64,000 nucleotides of DNA from an uncultured Nitrososphaerales archaeon (GTDB lineage: Archaea > Thermoproteota > Nitrososphaeria > Nitrososphaerales > Nitrososphaeraceae): contig CAVPXM010000038.1 of assembly GCA_963709405.1 (NCBI GenBank), forward strand, positions 64,001 to 128,000. The letters run 5' to 3'. Below are positions 33,410 through 46,994 of this stretch, piece by piece (positions within the stretch are counted from its first letter, which is position 1; each line of letters opens with the position of its first letter). Made by a program: the position numbers and the translations under genes. Under the pieces are notes generated by a model that saw nothing but the letters and a program-made list of their open reading frames with translations, was not told where the DNA came from and made no database searches.

Positions 33410-35998
33410 TTATGAAATTGCTGCTACCTCAACTTGAGAGCGATTTCCATCTTTAGTTACCCTATATACCTTATCGACATAACTTTCTAATTCACGTTCG
33501 TGTGATACCATGATTATTTGCGCAGAAGGCAATTCATCTAGCACTTGTCTTAGCCTAGTCAACTGTTCTTTTCCGAAGCCATCAGTAGGCTCGTCTAATA
33601 TTAATAGCGCATTGTCCATACCTGCGACTTTCTTAAGCATTGTATTTAGTGCAAGCCTATAAGCCAATGCAACTGACGTCTTTTCTCCACCACTTAGGCT
33701 GTTCGTACTCAATGAATATCCGCTCAGACTTACGCTGGGCGTGAAATTTGCGTCTACATCTACGCTAACATCACCGGTTTCCATCAGAATATAAAACCAT
33801 CTTTGAAATAGCTGGTTAAATTCATCGTTAATGCTTTGAAGCACATATCGTTCTATGTCTTGAATAGCCGGTATAAAGCATTGTTCCAACCAATTGTTAG
33901 TCTGTTGCAGGATCAGTTTTTCTTTATAAAGATTTTTTTTGTCTTTAATTTCTTTTTCAAGTTCATTCAAACTTGATTTTAGCAACGCCACTTCCGAACG
34001 CTTTCCTGAGATCATCTGTTGAATTTGTGATATGTCATTCTCCAATCTAGTAGAGTCTCTTTCCAGTACCTCTAGATCTCGTATAGTATACTCATTCTCT
34101 TTTAACAAAGTTATCCGCTCCCCTAATTCTCGCATAGACGATTTAAGTTCATGTTTAAGATTGTCAATTAGAATTATGGTACTCTCTATCTCGTTTTCAA
34201 GCTTTAATTTCCTTTTCAATTCCTGTGATGTTTCAATATATCTGGTTTCAATTTTTTCCATTTCATATTTCGATATTGTTTGCTTGGCTTCATCATGCTC
34301 CTCGTGGTCTTTTGACAAGACTGCTACGTCGCTTAAGATTTCTGTCAGCTTCTTTCTCTCTTCATGAGAGTGATTTCCGTCGAATAGTTTTCTTGTGCTC
34401 TCCAATATCGCAGAGTCCTTTAGCTGTAACGCTTCTCTTCTATTGACAACAGAATTACCCTTCTCATGTATTTTACCTAGCTCCCGGTGAACGTTAGTCA
34501 GGTAATCTTCCTTGACTTCAAGATGTCTTATCATATTTCTTTTTTCAATTGTTTTCCGTTGGTAATCGGCAATCATATTTCTTAGGAAACGGATAGGAGT
34601 ATCCATTCCTATTTTTTCTTCATCAAATTCTCTTTTGACTTTTGAAACATGTTCCAGATCCAGTTTCTGTCTGCACATCGGACATGTTGCATCTTTTCCT
34701 ATTTTGAGTATATTTTGAACTTCTTTTTGTTTCTTGAGTATTTGTTCTTCTATAGTTGCTACTTCTGTCACATATTTGGATATTTCAGACAAAAAAGTCG
34801 CATATTCTTCTCTCAGTGCAGGGAGCTGTGCAACTGATTTTTGTAATTCTAAAGCTTCTATTTGTAATGCTTTTGATTCTTCTTTTACGCCTATTTCGTC
34901 ATCGTTTATTTTTTTTAATTCTGCCTTCCTTTCTGCGGTTAGTCTTTCAATCTCCAATTCTAAGTTTCTTCTCGTATTTTCAAGGTTCTGTTCGACTGAG
35001 CTCCTTTCTTTCTCTAATCTTTCATAACGTCTCATCGCAGGATCTAATTGCCTCAATATGTCCTTTTTTGAAAGATAATTATCGTAGGCAAGTTTTAGAT
35101 CGCTTATCACAAGATCTTTACAGTTGAGCGATTCTAACTCAAGTTTAAAAATTCTTAATCTTTCATGTTCTTTCTTCAAACTGTCTTGTTTTCCCTTAAT
35201 AATGATATTCAGGTGTGGTAATGATGCTCTGAGCTCCAAAACAAGATTTTTTTTCTCTCCGAGGTCTTTTATCTTTCTTCTTAGTTCATTTGCTTCTTTT
35301 CTTAATTCTGAAATTTCCAACTCGTGTCTTTTCATATCTGCACTCAGCATGCCAAGTCTAGTCTTGATCTTTTGAAGTGATGTTTCTTTTTCCTGCAAAT
35401 TCCTTGTCAATTCTGTACGTAGACGAACTTCAGCGTTTGACCAGCTCAAAAATATTGTTGCATTCCTTCTTGCTGCACTATAGTCTTCGATATTAAACGC
35501 TCTTCTTAAAATCTCCAGTCTTCGTTCTGGGCTTTCTGACAGTATTTGTTTCATCATAGCCTGTGGAGTGAAGATGGCATAACGGTAAATCGCAGACGTA
35601 GTTCTAGTTTGTGTTTTCTCATTAATATTAATAATTTTCAAGATTCTTGTTTTCATTTCGCTGACCGAATACCTGATTTTTTCGCATCCTTCAACAATGT
35701 AGCCTTCATTCTGAGTGACTTTACCTAAACTACGTCTTGCTATACTTCTAAATACTCGATAATTTTTGCTGCCCACTTGAAAATCGAGAAGAACAGAACC
35801 GTTAGTTTCACCTAACCTCAAAAGACTGTTACCATCTATATCTCCTAATCCAAATAGTGAAAATTCAATTGCAGATAGGATAGTTGATTTTCCAGAGCCA
35901 ATATCACCTTGGAAAAGGACTCGGCCTTCAGGAATGGTTATCTCTGTTTCTCCTTTGTAGCTTCTAATATTATGTAGAACAATTTTCCTAAGTAGCAT
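33410..35998 (-). CDS. rad50: DNA repair ATPase Rad50/SbcC
   Basis: Walker A 'GDIGSGKST', coiled coils with zinc hook 'CPMC', signature 'SLSGGE', Walker B 'LILDEPT', H-loop 'VSHE'. Confidence 0.93.
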   Translation of the reverse strand: MLLRKIVLHNIRSYKGETEITIPEGRVLFQGDIGSGKSTILSAIEFSLFGLGDIDGNSLLRLGETNGSVLLDFQVGSKNYRVFRSIARRSLGKVTQNEGYIVEGCEKIRYSVSEMKTRILKIININEKTQTRTTSAIYRYAIFTPQAMMKQILSESPERRLEILRRAFNIEDYSAARRNATIFLSWSNAEVRLRTELTRNLQEKETSLQKIKTRLGMLSADMKRHELEISELRKEANELRRKIKDLGEKKNLVLELRASLPHLNIIIKGKQDSLKKEHERLRIFKLELESLNCKDLVISDLKLAYDNYLSKKDILRQLDPAMRRYERLEKERSSVEQNLENTRRNLELEIERLTAERKAELKKINDDEIGVKEESKALQIEALELQKSVAQLPALREEYATFLSEISKYVTEVATIEEQILKKQKEVQNILKIGKDATCPMCRQKLDLEHVSKVKREFDEEKIGMDTPIRFLRNMIADYQRKTIEKRNMIRHLEVKEDYLTNVHRELGKIHEKGNSVVNRREALQLKDSAILESTRKLFDGNHSHEERKKLTEILSDVAVLSKDHEEHDEAKQTISKYEMEKIETRYIETSQELKRKLKLENEIESTIILIDNLKHELKSSMRELGERITLLKENEYTIRDLEVLERDSTRLENDISQIQQMISGKRSEVALLKSSLNELEKEIKDKKNLYKEKLILQQTNNWLEQCFIPAIQDIERYVLQSINDEFNQLFQRWFYILMETGDVSVDVDANFTPSVSLSGYSLSTNSLSGGEKTSVALAYRLALNTMLKKVAGMDNALLILDEPTDGFGKEQLTRLRQVLDELPSAQIIMVSHERELESYVDKVYRVTKDGNRSQVEVAAIS

Positions 35999-36007
35999 AT
36001 GCTAGTC

Positions 36008-37312
36008 TTATATCTCTAATCCTAGCACAGTCTTTGCATCCATCAAGACTCTTTTATCATACTCATTCACAGTTTCGTTTTCGATTTTTTCCATTTTTAG
36101 AGCCGATAACAAGTTGATCGCGCTATATTCACCATTCCCTGCTACAAGCTTGGAATTGATTAATTTCTGTACTTCATTATCTGCTATTGTTGGATCAATT
36201 CTAAATGAGGATATTCTCGCTCTCAGTATGTTCTTTTCAATATCTCCTATATTTGTCCCAATAACTTCGGTCAACCTCGAAACCTCTGAAGGAAATAGAC
36301 TGTTCCTATTAATAAAAGTCAATAGTGCTCCTCTAGCTGAAAGGTGCTCTTCAAACTGTGAAAAATTGATATCTGATCGCTTTCCTGATAACAGGGTTCC
36401 CTTTACCTTGATCAATACTATTTTATTTCTTAAATTCTCTTCCATATTATCAAGTTCAAGAGATATTTTATCCTCTACCTGTTTAGTCGTCAATCGATTT
36501 ACATTCATTGTTCTTAATATTATGTCAACTATTTTTACTTCTATAAAATTAGCACTTATACTTTCACTATCAGAATCATATTCAATAACATAAAAACCTC
36601 TAAGTTCACCATCTGCAGTGTCTTCCAGATCAGTAAACGTGGATCCAAACAATGGTCCGGGATATATTATGAAGCTTTTTCCGTCATTATGTTTATATTC
36701 AATTCTCCTGTGTAAATGACCACCCCCATAATATTTGAATCCTTTTGGCAATTGAGATAGTGGGATAGATCCTCCATATGCAAGATCAGCAGGCGTTAAT
36801 TCAGCGATTGGTATATGAAAAAGAAAAATCTTGATCCCTTCTTCAGATTCCAATGCACCAATATCAATAGTTCTGTAATAGTGTCTATCAAGACCAGATT
36901 GCCTGCCCGATAACCCAGTAATCTTAAAGCCGTTTTTTTGATCTTGAACAAACTTTAACCTCATTTTATCTCTTATTCGCTCAAATTCGACTGGCTTTAT
37001 GAATAATCCTGCTGTTTGAAGTATATCTATTATTGATACTGTACTCGCAGTGAAATCATGTGAGCCGTAAATCATATAGATCTCAATATGTCTACTCTTA
37101 GCATTACGCATAATCTCTACCGCATATTTAACGTGCTCGAGCTCTGGAACGCTGACATCGAAGAAATCTCCAGTAATTACGATAAAGTCTACTTTTTCGC
37201 TTATACATATAGACACAGCCCTTTCAAAAGCTCTTAAATTAATTTCTCTCAGCCTAGGATTTCTCCATGCTCCAAGATGACAGTCCGTTATATGCGCGAA
37301 TTTATGATGCAT
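36008..37312 (-). CDS. mre11: DNA repair nuclease Mre11/SbcD
   Basis: Phosphoesterase motifs 'TDCHLG', 'GDFFD', 'GSHD', 'FH', 'GGHLH', 'YPGP'; directly upstream of rad50. Confidence 0.93.
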   Translation of the reverse strand: MHHKFAHITDCHLGAWRNPRLREINLRAFERAVSICISEKVDFIVITGDFFDVSVPELEHVKYAVEIMRNAKSRHIEIYMIYGSHDFTASTVSIIDILQTAGLFIKPVEFERIRDKMRLKFVQDQKNGFKITGLSGRQSGLDRHYYRTIDIGALESEEGIKIFLFHIPIAELTPADLAYGGSIPLSQLPKGFKYYGGGHLHRRIEYKHNDGKSFIIYPGPLFGSTFTDLEDTADGELRGFYVIEYDSDSESISANFIEVKIVDIILRTMNVNRLTTKQVEDKISLELDNMEENLRNKIVLIKVKGTLLSGKRSDINFSQFEEHLSARGALLTFINRNSLFPSEVSRLTEVIGTNIGDIEKNILRARISSFRIDPTIADNEVQKLINSKLVAGNGEYSAINLLSALKMEKIENETVNEYDKRVLMDAKTVLGLEI

Positions 37313-37923
37313 GAGAATATAATTACAAGTGCTCGATAACGTTAATAAACAGTTTCTATAAATGCGCTAAATAATTTCTTGTCTAACCTGCCTTATTGAA
37401 AGGATCATTATCAACAGTTCAACACAATTCTTGTGGGTTTTGCGTTTAAAGACAAGCCCTAGTCTATTAGATTGTCATTATATGTTATTGAAAATTGATA
37501 ATACCATTATCGTAGATCATAATGAATATAGTCTTAGTCGTAGTTTTGGTAAACTAACTGAACAGCATCTATCTAAAAATATTCATTAAGCTCCAAAATG
37601 GGATTTATTGAGCTTTACTGGTATGAGTGTAGCGAAAAACTGGTTAGATAGATGTAAATATTCAGTACCTTGGTTTTGATGTTATCGACAATTCGCATAG
37701 TGTGCTGATTGAAAATGAGTCGGCGTAAGAAAAATACCTTCCGCATCGAACGTTCAATTTCTCGTCTTTCTCCTGCTTACTGCAGCTACTAATTCAGATA
37801 ACATAGGTGAATATCTATTGGTAACGATTGACCACACGAAAGTTCTAAAAAATTCTAATAAGAAATTGCGCAGCGATTTCTACGAACGGCCTACGAAAGT
37901 AAATCGTATTTCATGTAGTTCCA

Positions 37924-38424
37924 TCATTTCTTTTTATGCCCATAATCCCAGGTGGAATAATAATCTGGTGTAATTTCTAAAATAATTGATTCCCCGTTTT
38001 TTACATTACTCATTAGAGAGGTAGCCATTGGGTGTGCTAGACTTCCAAGATATCTGACCATAATCTTTTCAGATATAGGTATATTATGAGTAACATCTTC
38101 ATATATTCTTACCTTACCTTTTCCTCTAACTCCCTTATACGGCTGGTTTGGGTCATCAACACAGTAATAAACTAAATTCCTAGCGTTTAAATTTTCAATC
38201 TTCTTCGAAGTCCTTGAAGTCTCTATATAAAATTTCTTGTTTCCTGCGTCGAAGTAATACCAAGTTGGATGTATATTTGGTTCTCCTTTTCCATCAAGAG
38301 TAGCTATATGAATATTGAGCTTACTATTGGTCAAAAAACTTATTATTTCATCCTCTGTTAATGGTGTGCCCATCCCTGGACTGGCATTCATGATTTTCAT
38401 ATGGTATTTGGAATTAGAGAACAT
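37924..38424 (-). CDS. Pyridoxamine 5'-phosphate oxidase-like (FMN/F420 split-barrel) protein
   Basis: 'IATLDGKGEPNIHPTWY', 'SKKIENL', 'VDDPNQPYKGVRGKG', 'STWDY'. Confidence 0.88.
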   Translation of the reverse strand: MFSNSKYHMKIMNASPGMGTPLTEDEIISFLTNSKLNIHIATLDGKGEPNIHPTWYYFDAGNKKFYIETSRTSKKIENLNARNLVYYCVDDPNQPYKGVRGKGKVRIYEDVTHNIPISEKIMVRYLGSLAHPMATSLMSNVKNGESIILEITPDYYSTWDYGHKKK

Positions 38425-38842
38425 TATATATTTGTGATTGTACTATATGCTGATCACGTTGAATTTATTATAATTCAGTAAATTGTTTTTATAATAAGAG
38501 AGGTCGTGTGCAAGAATCTTTCAACATTTCTTATAATTCTTAGAAACGAGTAACGCGAATGAAAACGCGAAGAATGTTTTGATATCTATGCTTCAACAGA
38601 TCACTATGTGTAACGGGTCTGAATTTTGATACTGGAAATGTTTGAGCTCGTATCACTCCCCTAAGGTAAGATGAATTGCACAGAGAAAAGGTATGTATAA
38701 AAAATCATTTATGTGTTATCTTAAAGACATTAAGTTTCAAATATTATGCATTATTAGCGATTGTAACATTAAGACTTGTCACAACGGTAGTGAACGGAAA
38801 TGAGACATCGTCCCACCAAAATTATCAAGTTAGGTCTAGATA

Positions 38843-39588
38843 GGTTCTGTTAACTTAGAGATACCTCCACCTCCTTAGATTATCAGATTTAGTACTAGAT
38901 TTGATAACGCTACTGTGCATAAATATGAACAGGATGAGCCATTTGTGAACATGCCTAAATAAGATTGCATAATCCAGCTCTCATACATGGATTGTAGTAA
39001 TCATCAAATGCCTCAGTACTATCTATCCTTTAGATATCCTACCGTTCTTTCAACTTTACTCGTTTCATATGGCGAATGCAATCTATGCTCTAGTTAGTCC
39101 TAATGATATACATGCTTCCGGATACCATGTTCCGCCATTACAATAAACCACAACATGTTTGCCATAACTCCTGATTAAAGAAAGATCTTAGGAACGATTC
39201 AGCTAAAATCATAAAATTCCTATGTCTTGAGATGTAAACTCCAAGAATTTGTCTGTGTGCTGGTTCTACAACTGCAAGCCATAACCAAGCTTGGTCGTGG
39301 TTTCATCAATTAAAAAAGGTAGATATTTTTTACAACGATAAAAACGCCTTCAATTGAATCTCTGAAACCCATTTCCATACAGCAACAACATGACTCCTTC
39401 CTCCCTCTCCCTTTTCCAAATAATTGGATTGCTTTAGATGTATTTCTAAACTTTACTTAAACCTAGAAAATATAAGAATAATGCATACAACAATACTGTC
39501 TCTGCTCATGTTCTATCATACTCAAATAAGCTCATAGAATATGAGAAAATGTTCGCAGTCATAGCTTTATCGCTAAGTTAACAGGGCC
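38843..39588 (-). mobile_element. IS6-family insertion sequence (copy 4), a different subtype, heavily degenerate
   Basis: TIRs GGTTCTGTTAACTTAG / GGCCCTGTTAACTTAG; perfect 8-bp TSD TCTAGATA (38835-38842, 39589-39596); minus-strand remnants 'AWLWLAVVEP', 'GGTWYPEAC', 'VERTVGYLKDR', 'EAFDDYY'. Confidence 0.9.
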
Positions 39589-39686
39589 TCTAGATATTAG
39601 AAAATCTACTTATTCCAGAATTAAAGGAAGTTCTTTAAATTTGAAAACAAACAAATACTTAGTAAAATATAGGCAGTTAATTAGAA

Positions 39687-40745
39687 GTGTCACGAAAAAC
39701 AACCATATCGACTAAAATAAGCGACTACTATTCATGCATGAATTCCATAGTTGTAATGCCGGATTTCTTTTTAGACAGAATTATCCGATTAAGATCAAAA
39801 GAGGAATTTTTTAATGGCTTAGCTGAGAAGGCAAGATTTGGTGGCGGTAGTATTCGTGATATCCCTACTAAGGATCTAAAAGGTGGAAATGCTGTAAATA
39901 TTGCATATAGTCTTGCCAGATTAGGAGCAAATGTTGCACTTTTCACTGTCGGAGACGAAATTGCATCAGCTTTACTTCACCAAACCTTTTTGGAGTTCAA
40001 GAATAATGTAGATCTATTGATCGTACCTGGAAATCATGGCCGTACGACATCCTTCGAATTTCTAAGCGAGGTAGAGCCGAAATTTAATGTCATGGTAAGT
40101 GACGTTGGTGACAACGCAGACTTTGGGCCTGAGAAGGTTAATTCTGAGAAACATCTAAAAATACTGGGTAATGCTGATACAACAGTGGTTGCAAATTGGG
40201 CCAGCAATTTGAATGGAACACAATTAGCGGAGTACGTATTTGAAAATTCCCCAAAAGCCTTACACTTTATAGATCCAGCAGATATAGAATCTAGAAAGGA
40301 AGATTTTCAAAAATGCCTCGAAAGGATTGCAAAAATTACTGATGTTTTAAGTATAAACGAGAATGAGTGTAATTCTCTCGGAAAAGCTATAGGTCTAGGG
40401 ACATTAATACCAGAACATTACGAGCCTGATATAGTGAAGAATGCTGCAAAGTTAATTGCGGATCAGATCCGAATTAGCACAGACCTACATACAAGAAAAG
40501 GATCAGCATGGTCTAATGGTAGAGAAGCTGAATTTGTTCATTCCATTCGAGTTGAACCCAAAACTCTGACTGGTGCAGGCGATGTATGGGATGCTGCTGA
40601 CGTAATTGGATATATGGCAGGTTTAGATTCAAGGGAAAGGTTGATATTTTCTAACGCAAGCGTTTCACTGTATGTTAGAAACCCTTCTGCCCTACCGCCA
40701 AGATTAGATGAGGTATTTGATATGTTAGAAAGAATTGGAGTATAG
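39687..40745 (+). CDS. PfkB-family carbohydrate kinase
   Basis: 'GGNAVNIAYSLARLG', 'FIDP', 'INENE', 'TGAGD'. Confidence 0.88.
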   Translation: MSRKTTISTKISDYYSCMNSIVVMPDFFLDRIIRLRSKEEFFNGLAEKARFGGGSIRDIPTKDLKGGNAVNIAYSLARLGANVALFTVGDEIASALLHQTFLEFKNNVDLLIVPGNHGRTTSFEFLSEVEPKFNVMVSDVGDNADFGPEKVNSEKHLKILGNADTTVVANWASNLNGTQLAEYVFENSPKALHFIDPADIESRKEDFQKCLERIAKITDVLSINENECNSLGKAIGLGTLIPEHYEPDIVKNAAKLIADQIRISTDLHTRKGSAWSNGREAEFVHSIRVEPKTLTGAGDVWDAADVIGYMAGLDSRERLIFSNASVSLYVRNPSALPPRLDEVFDMLERIGV

Positions 40746-40789
40746 CAAGAATGTTAGCAAATACATGGAGTAATAAGACGAAAGCTAGT

Positions 40790-41503
40790 TTAGTTGTTTG
40801 CGCTGTACGCCTCACGCATTGAAGTTATGTATGAACTGCCATCAGAGTCTAGCTTCCTTTGAAACAGTCTTGTAAGTAATTGTAAAATCCTATATGAACC
40901 CACCATCGCATCTACTTTTTCTCTATCTGAGACAGCATTGGTTTCAATTATGACATAGTCAGACATTAATCTCAGATTAACCTGGAATGATGCGGCAGTA
41001 GTTGTTGGACTACTGGTCACACCTGACCGAATATCGTCGTCGATACTAATCCATTGTAATACATATTGAGATCCATCATTAATGAAACCGGCCCATCTAA
41101 GTTTATCGAACCATTTACCTATCAGATTTTCAGCTATTTCGCTAATTCTCATCCTTATAGGAATGTATGTTTGTAGAAGGGGAGAATACTTCCTACGAAG
41201 ATTCACATTAGTAATACTCCCACCTAAATAGTGGCTTGACATTATCGACTCCCCGTCCTTGGTCAGCTTGAATCCAGATGGCGATCTTTCTATCAAACCT
41301 AAATCCTCTAGTCTACCTAATGCTCTACTTAGACTCTGCTGGTGAAGATTAAGACTTCTCATCAACCCTCTAAATGAGTAGTTAGAACCGGATTCCTTAC
41401 CAAATAAGGAAAGTATTCTACTGTCATTCTGCCGCAAGTCGCTAGTTGAGATCGTTTTAGTGTCGTTAACTACTAGCTGATATGTATGATTTTGATTAGA
41501 CAT
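40790..41503 (-). CDS. Winged-helix domain protein (putative regulator)
   Basis: 'SFRGLMRSLNLHQQSLSRALGRLEDLGLIERSPSGFKLT' wHTH. Confidence 0.75.
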   Translation of the reverse strand: MSNQNHTYQLVVNDTKTISTSDLRQNDSRILSLFGKESGSNYSFRGLMRSLNLHQQSLSRALGRLEDLGLIERSPSGFKLTKDGESIMSSHYLGGSITNVNLRRKYSPLLQTYIPIRMRISEIAENLIGKWFDKLRWAGFINDGSQYVLQWISIDDDIRSGVTSSPTTTAASFQVNLRLMSDYVIIETNAVSDREKVDAMVGSYRILQLLTRLFQRKLDSDGSSYITSMREAYSANN

Positions 41504-42039
41504 CGCGTTCTCGTTGGCGTTTTGATAATTCTCAATAACAATATCTTTTACAGATGGATCTCCAGATTCATTCTTGTCGCTTTCTATAAATTATTCACCC
41601 TCCATTTTTCGATTATTATTATAATTATTGATGATTCAGGATATAAATCGTTATCAATTCTCTTCAATGTCTCTCCGCTCAGCGTCCTGTTATTATATAT
41701 CAACACTAACAGATATTGACCACTATTAATGCATCGTAGTCACAGATCATCACAACTAGAGAAGACTATATGCTCCAAATAATGCAAACAGCTTACAGTT
41801 GCCAGGGGAAAAATACTCAACCAAAAGAAAAGTTTAATCCGTCATAGATTAATAGTCACAATCCCATTAATAACACTATATTTTTGCCTAGCTGATTTGT
41901 AAATTTAGTACTAGCAGATTGCAATGGGTTATACAATTTATCTTTTATATATTCGATATAATTAATATACAGCGATACGATTTTTTGTTTGAAGCATCGA
42001 AATGCATTTAACTATCTACGTTCGACTTTGTTTTGTTGT

Positions 42040-44164
42040 ATGTCATCAACTAATTCACAAAATATTTTTCTCTCTCCACGATCTATTGCTGTCATCGGTG
42101 CTTCAGACAAACCCGGTGTTGGGAAGGCGATTTTTTCAAATATTGTCAATGGATACAAAGGAAAAATTTATCCCATCACACCTTCCAATGAGCTTGTTTC
42201 TGGCCTCAAGGCTTACAAGAGTGTCTTAGAAGTCCCCGACCAAATCGACCTAGCGGTAGTTGCTACTCCTAACAGAAGCGTACCTAAAGTAATGGAAGAG
42301 ATAGGCAAGAAAAAGATTAAAGGCGCCATAGTAGTCTCTGCAGGGTTCAAAGAAGTTGATGAGAACGGGGCAAGGTTAGAGAAGGAAATCGGCGTCATAG
42401 GTAAGAATTATGGGATACGAATCATCGGACCCAATTGCCTCGGAATAATGAGTCTATCACAGAGAAATATGATGAATGCAACCTTCTTAAAAATAACTCC
42501 ACGATTTGGTACGATTGCACTCGTCTCTCAAAGCGGTGCGATTTGTGCAGCCACAGTAGAAGATGCAATAGCACAGAATATTGGTTTCTCTAAAGTAATT
42601 AGCATGGGAAATAAGGTCGACATGAATGAAAACGATATTCTTGAACTCCTATCATACGATGACGAAACAAGAGTGATAGTAATGTACCTCGAAGACATCC
42701 ATGATGGCAGAGGATTTATGGAAATTACAAAGAAAATTACTAGAGAGTTGAAGAAGCCTATCATCGGTACTAAAAGCAGGTAGAACGCCAGAGGGCGCAA
42801 AAGCTGCGATGTCGCATACAGGCGCACTTATGGGAAGCGACGAGACATTTGACGCATTATTCACGCAATGTGGAATCATAAGGGTAGATACAATGCAAGA
42901 ACTATTTGAGCTTGCAACCGCATTTTCAAAACAACCTGTGCCTAAATCAGGTTCAGGAATTGCAATTGTGTCTAACGCCGGTGGTCCGGCTATTATCTCG
43001 ACTGATGCTTGTTCTAAATATGGTTTAAAAATGGCTGATTTATCTGATTCAAGGGATGCAATAAACAAAATAATACCACATCATGGTTCGTCAAGAAATC
43101 CAGTAGATATAGTTGGAGATGCTGACTCTAATCGTTTTGAAAAAGTAATCCTCGAAGTATTATCCAATAATCATGTTGGGTCTATAGTTACGATGTGTAC
43201 ACCTTCAGCAACGTTGAATTATGACGACCTGGCGAGAACGATTGTTAAGACTTCTAGGGCAATGGGGCAGGGTAAAACTATGGTTGCAGCATTGATGGGA
43301 TTAGCTGAAGGCCTTGAAAATAAACAAATACTATCTGACGGCGATATTCCACATTTTATGTACGCTGAACCAGCCATTAGGACTCTGAACGCTATGTATG
43401 CTTTTAGAGAATGGATAACAAAATCATCTGATGTACCAAAGCAATTCCACGTCGACCGATCTAAGGTTAGAACCGTGTTTAACGAAGTTAGGAGCCAGTC
43501 CAGAACAAACCTGCTAGAAGATGAAGGATATAGAGTTCTTGAAGCATATGGATTTTCTATACCGAAAAAGCATCTAGCAAGAAGTGAAGAAGATTGCATA
43601 AAAGCTATTGATGAGATTGGCTATCCCGTAGTAATGAAGATAGCCTCTGCAGACATCATTCATAAATCTGATGCTGGTGGAGTGAAAATTGGATTAAAAA
43701 ATGAAGATGAGGCAAGACAGGCATATAGAGCAATTATAGACAACGCCAAAAAATATAAACAAGATGCTAAGATTGATGGCGTACTTGTTCAAGAAATGAT
43801 AAAAAATGGAAAGGAAACAATTCTGGGTGCGAAATTCGATCCAATTTTGGGGCCGCTTATGATGTTTGGTCTTGGTGGAATTTATGTTGAAGTTCTAAAG
43901 GATGTAGTCTTTAGGCTTGCCCCAATAGATGAACAAGAAGCTGCAAGAATGATTGAATCAGTAAGAACTATCAATCTGCTCAAAGGGGTCAGGGGCGAAA
44001 AACCACATGATCTTATAGCCATAAAAGAATCTTTACAACGGCTTTCTCAACTAATTACAGATTTTCAAGAAATTGAAGAACTCGATGTCAATCCGCTACT
44101 GGTATTAGAAGAAGGGAAAGGTGTACGGGCTTTAGATATTAGGATAAACCTCAAGAGAATATAG
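42040..44164 (+). CDS. ADP-forming acyl-CoA ligase, most likely the 4-hydroxybutyrate--CoA ligase of the 3HP/4HB cycle; 1-nt frameshift at 42766-42767
   Basis: 'SPRSIAVIGASDK', 'GPNCLG', 'SQSGAICAA', 'AAMSHTGALMGSDE' (phospho-His), ATP-grasp 'HKSDAGGV'; alpha-beta domain order and sequence recall the N. maritimus 4HB-CoA ligase; removing one G gives KKPIIVLKAGRTPEG. Confidence 0.85.
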
Positions 44165-44813
44165 TAATAAATCATATTGAAAAATGGTGCAAGTTAATTT
44201 CAATTTTATTATCAAAGTCTAAAATGACAGCAAATCTTGCAGTATGGCGCATTAGTTAAATCGTTTAGTTATTGCCCATTATTTCTTCCAATATCACGAT
44301 GCAAAAGTGACTTTATAGTGGTTTTCTGCTGAAGGGAACCTCTACGATCAAGACTGGGTATATATGTATCTCCTTGTTCTATTATGTATTTTGACTTATC
44401 AAAGGATTTTCAAAGAAATTTAGGATAAGATCAACCTAGCCCTTTGATGCAGTGCCAGATAACAAGGGGGTTTCAAGTAGCTCTATTTAGGCTATTGACT
44501 ATATTTCACAAGATTTAAGTGCTGCGTGCCAAATAAGAAAATCGTCGAATAGCCTTAGTTTAGGTACCCCACATGGAGGACGATTTCAGAAATTGATGAC
44601 AACTGAGTATTCCCTACCTTATGGAAGAGCACAGTAGAAGAAGTTTATTGTGGTGTTAGAGATTAGATCGAATGGGCAGAGGCTCCAAATTATGTCTGCC
44701 TAGTCACATTTAGTGTGTGGAGTTCTCGCAAAATTAGCAAAGCATGGCAAGAAGAAATAAAATGTAAGAAAGCCGATAAAGAGATGGTCGTAAGTAATGA
44801 TTTAGACCAAGCG

Positions 44814-46523
<1,710 letters not shown>

Positions 46524-46553
46524 TTTTCACCTAATAGAATAGTACAGCTGTTA

Positions 46554-46994
46554 TCAAGCCTCTTTTATAGTTTTACCAATTGATCGTAGTCTTATTTTGG
46601 ACTTCTTTGAATCGAATTTTGATTTAAACTTAGCAATATTGACTATGAACCTTTCATGTTTTCCGGATCCTATTTTTTCCAGATCGTCTGAGGCTTCAAC
46701 ATCAAACATAATCCGTCTGTCATCAACTGATACTACTTTGGATTTAAAAAGGACTTCAAAGCCTATCGGTGTAGCTGCTATATGTGTAACATTTACAAGA
46801 GTCCCGACTGAATCCCATTCCTCATCATTAAGGAATTGCTCCTTTAGGAGGAGTCTACATGTTTCTTCCATTTCCGCTATCATAGAAGGTGTAGACAAGA
46901 CATTTTCTCCATCCCATAGAAATGTTGTACTTTGATTTGAACTCGTCCTAACCTTCCGTTCCATATTTGCTCCAACTTTGATATCTCGAATCAT
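46554..46994 (-). CDS. Hotdog-fold thioesterase (FlK/fluoroacetyl-CoA thioesterase-like)
   Basis: 'VLSTPSMIAEMEETC', 'SVGTLVNVTHIAATPIG', 'GKHERFIV' (Thr/Glu/His triad). Confidence 0.88.
   Translation of the reverse strand: MIRDIKVGANMERKVRTSSNQSTTFLWDGENVLSTPSMIAEMEETCRLLLKEQFLNDEEWDSVGTLVNVTHIAATPIGFEVLFKSKVVSVDDRRIMFDVEASDDLEKIGSGKHERFIVNIAKFKSKFDSKKSKIRLRSIGKTIKEA

Noticed and set aside
42040-44164. Split alpha/beta acyl-CoA ligase genes or loss of carbon fixation
   Set aside because: The break lies inside a conserved motif and is repaired by deleting one G, matching the window-wide indel pattern
44585-44612. TGATGA...CTGA resembling C/D-box sRNA elements
   Set aside because: The boxes are only 3 nt apart with no complete C/D'/C'/D arrangement or guide region
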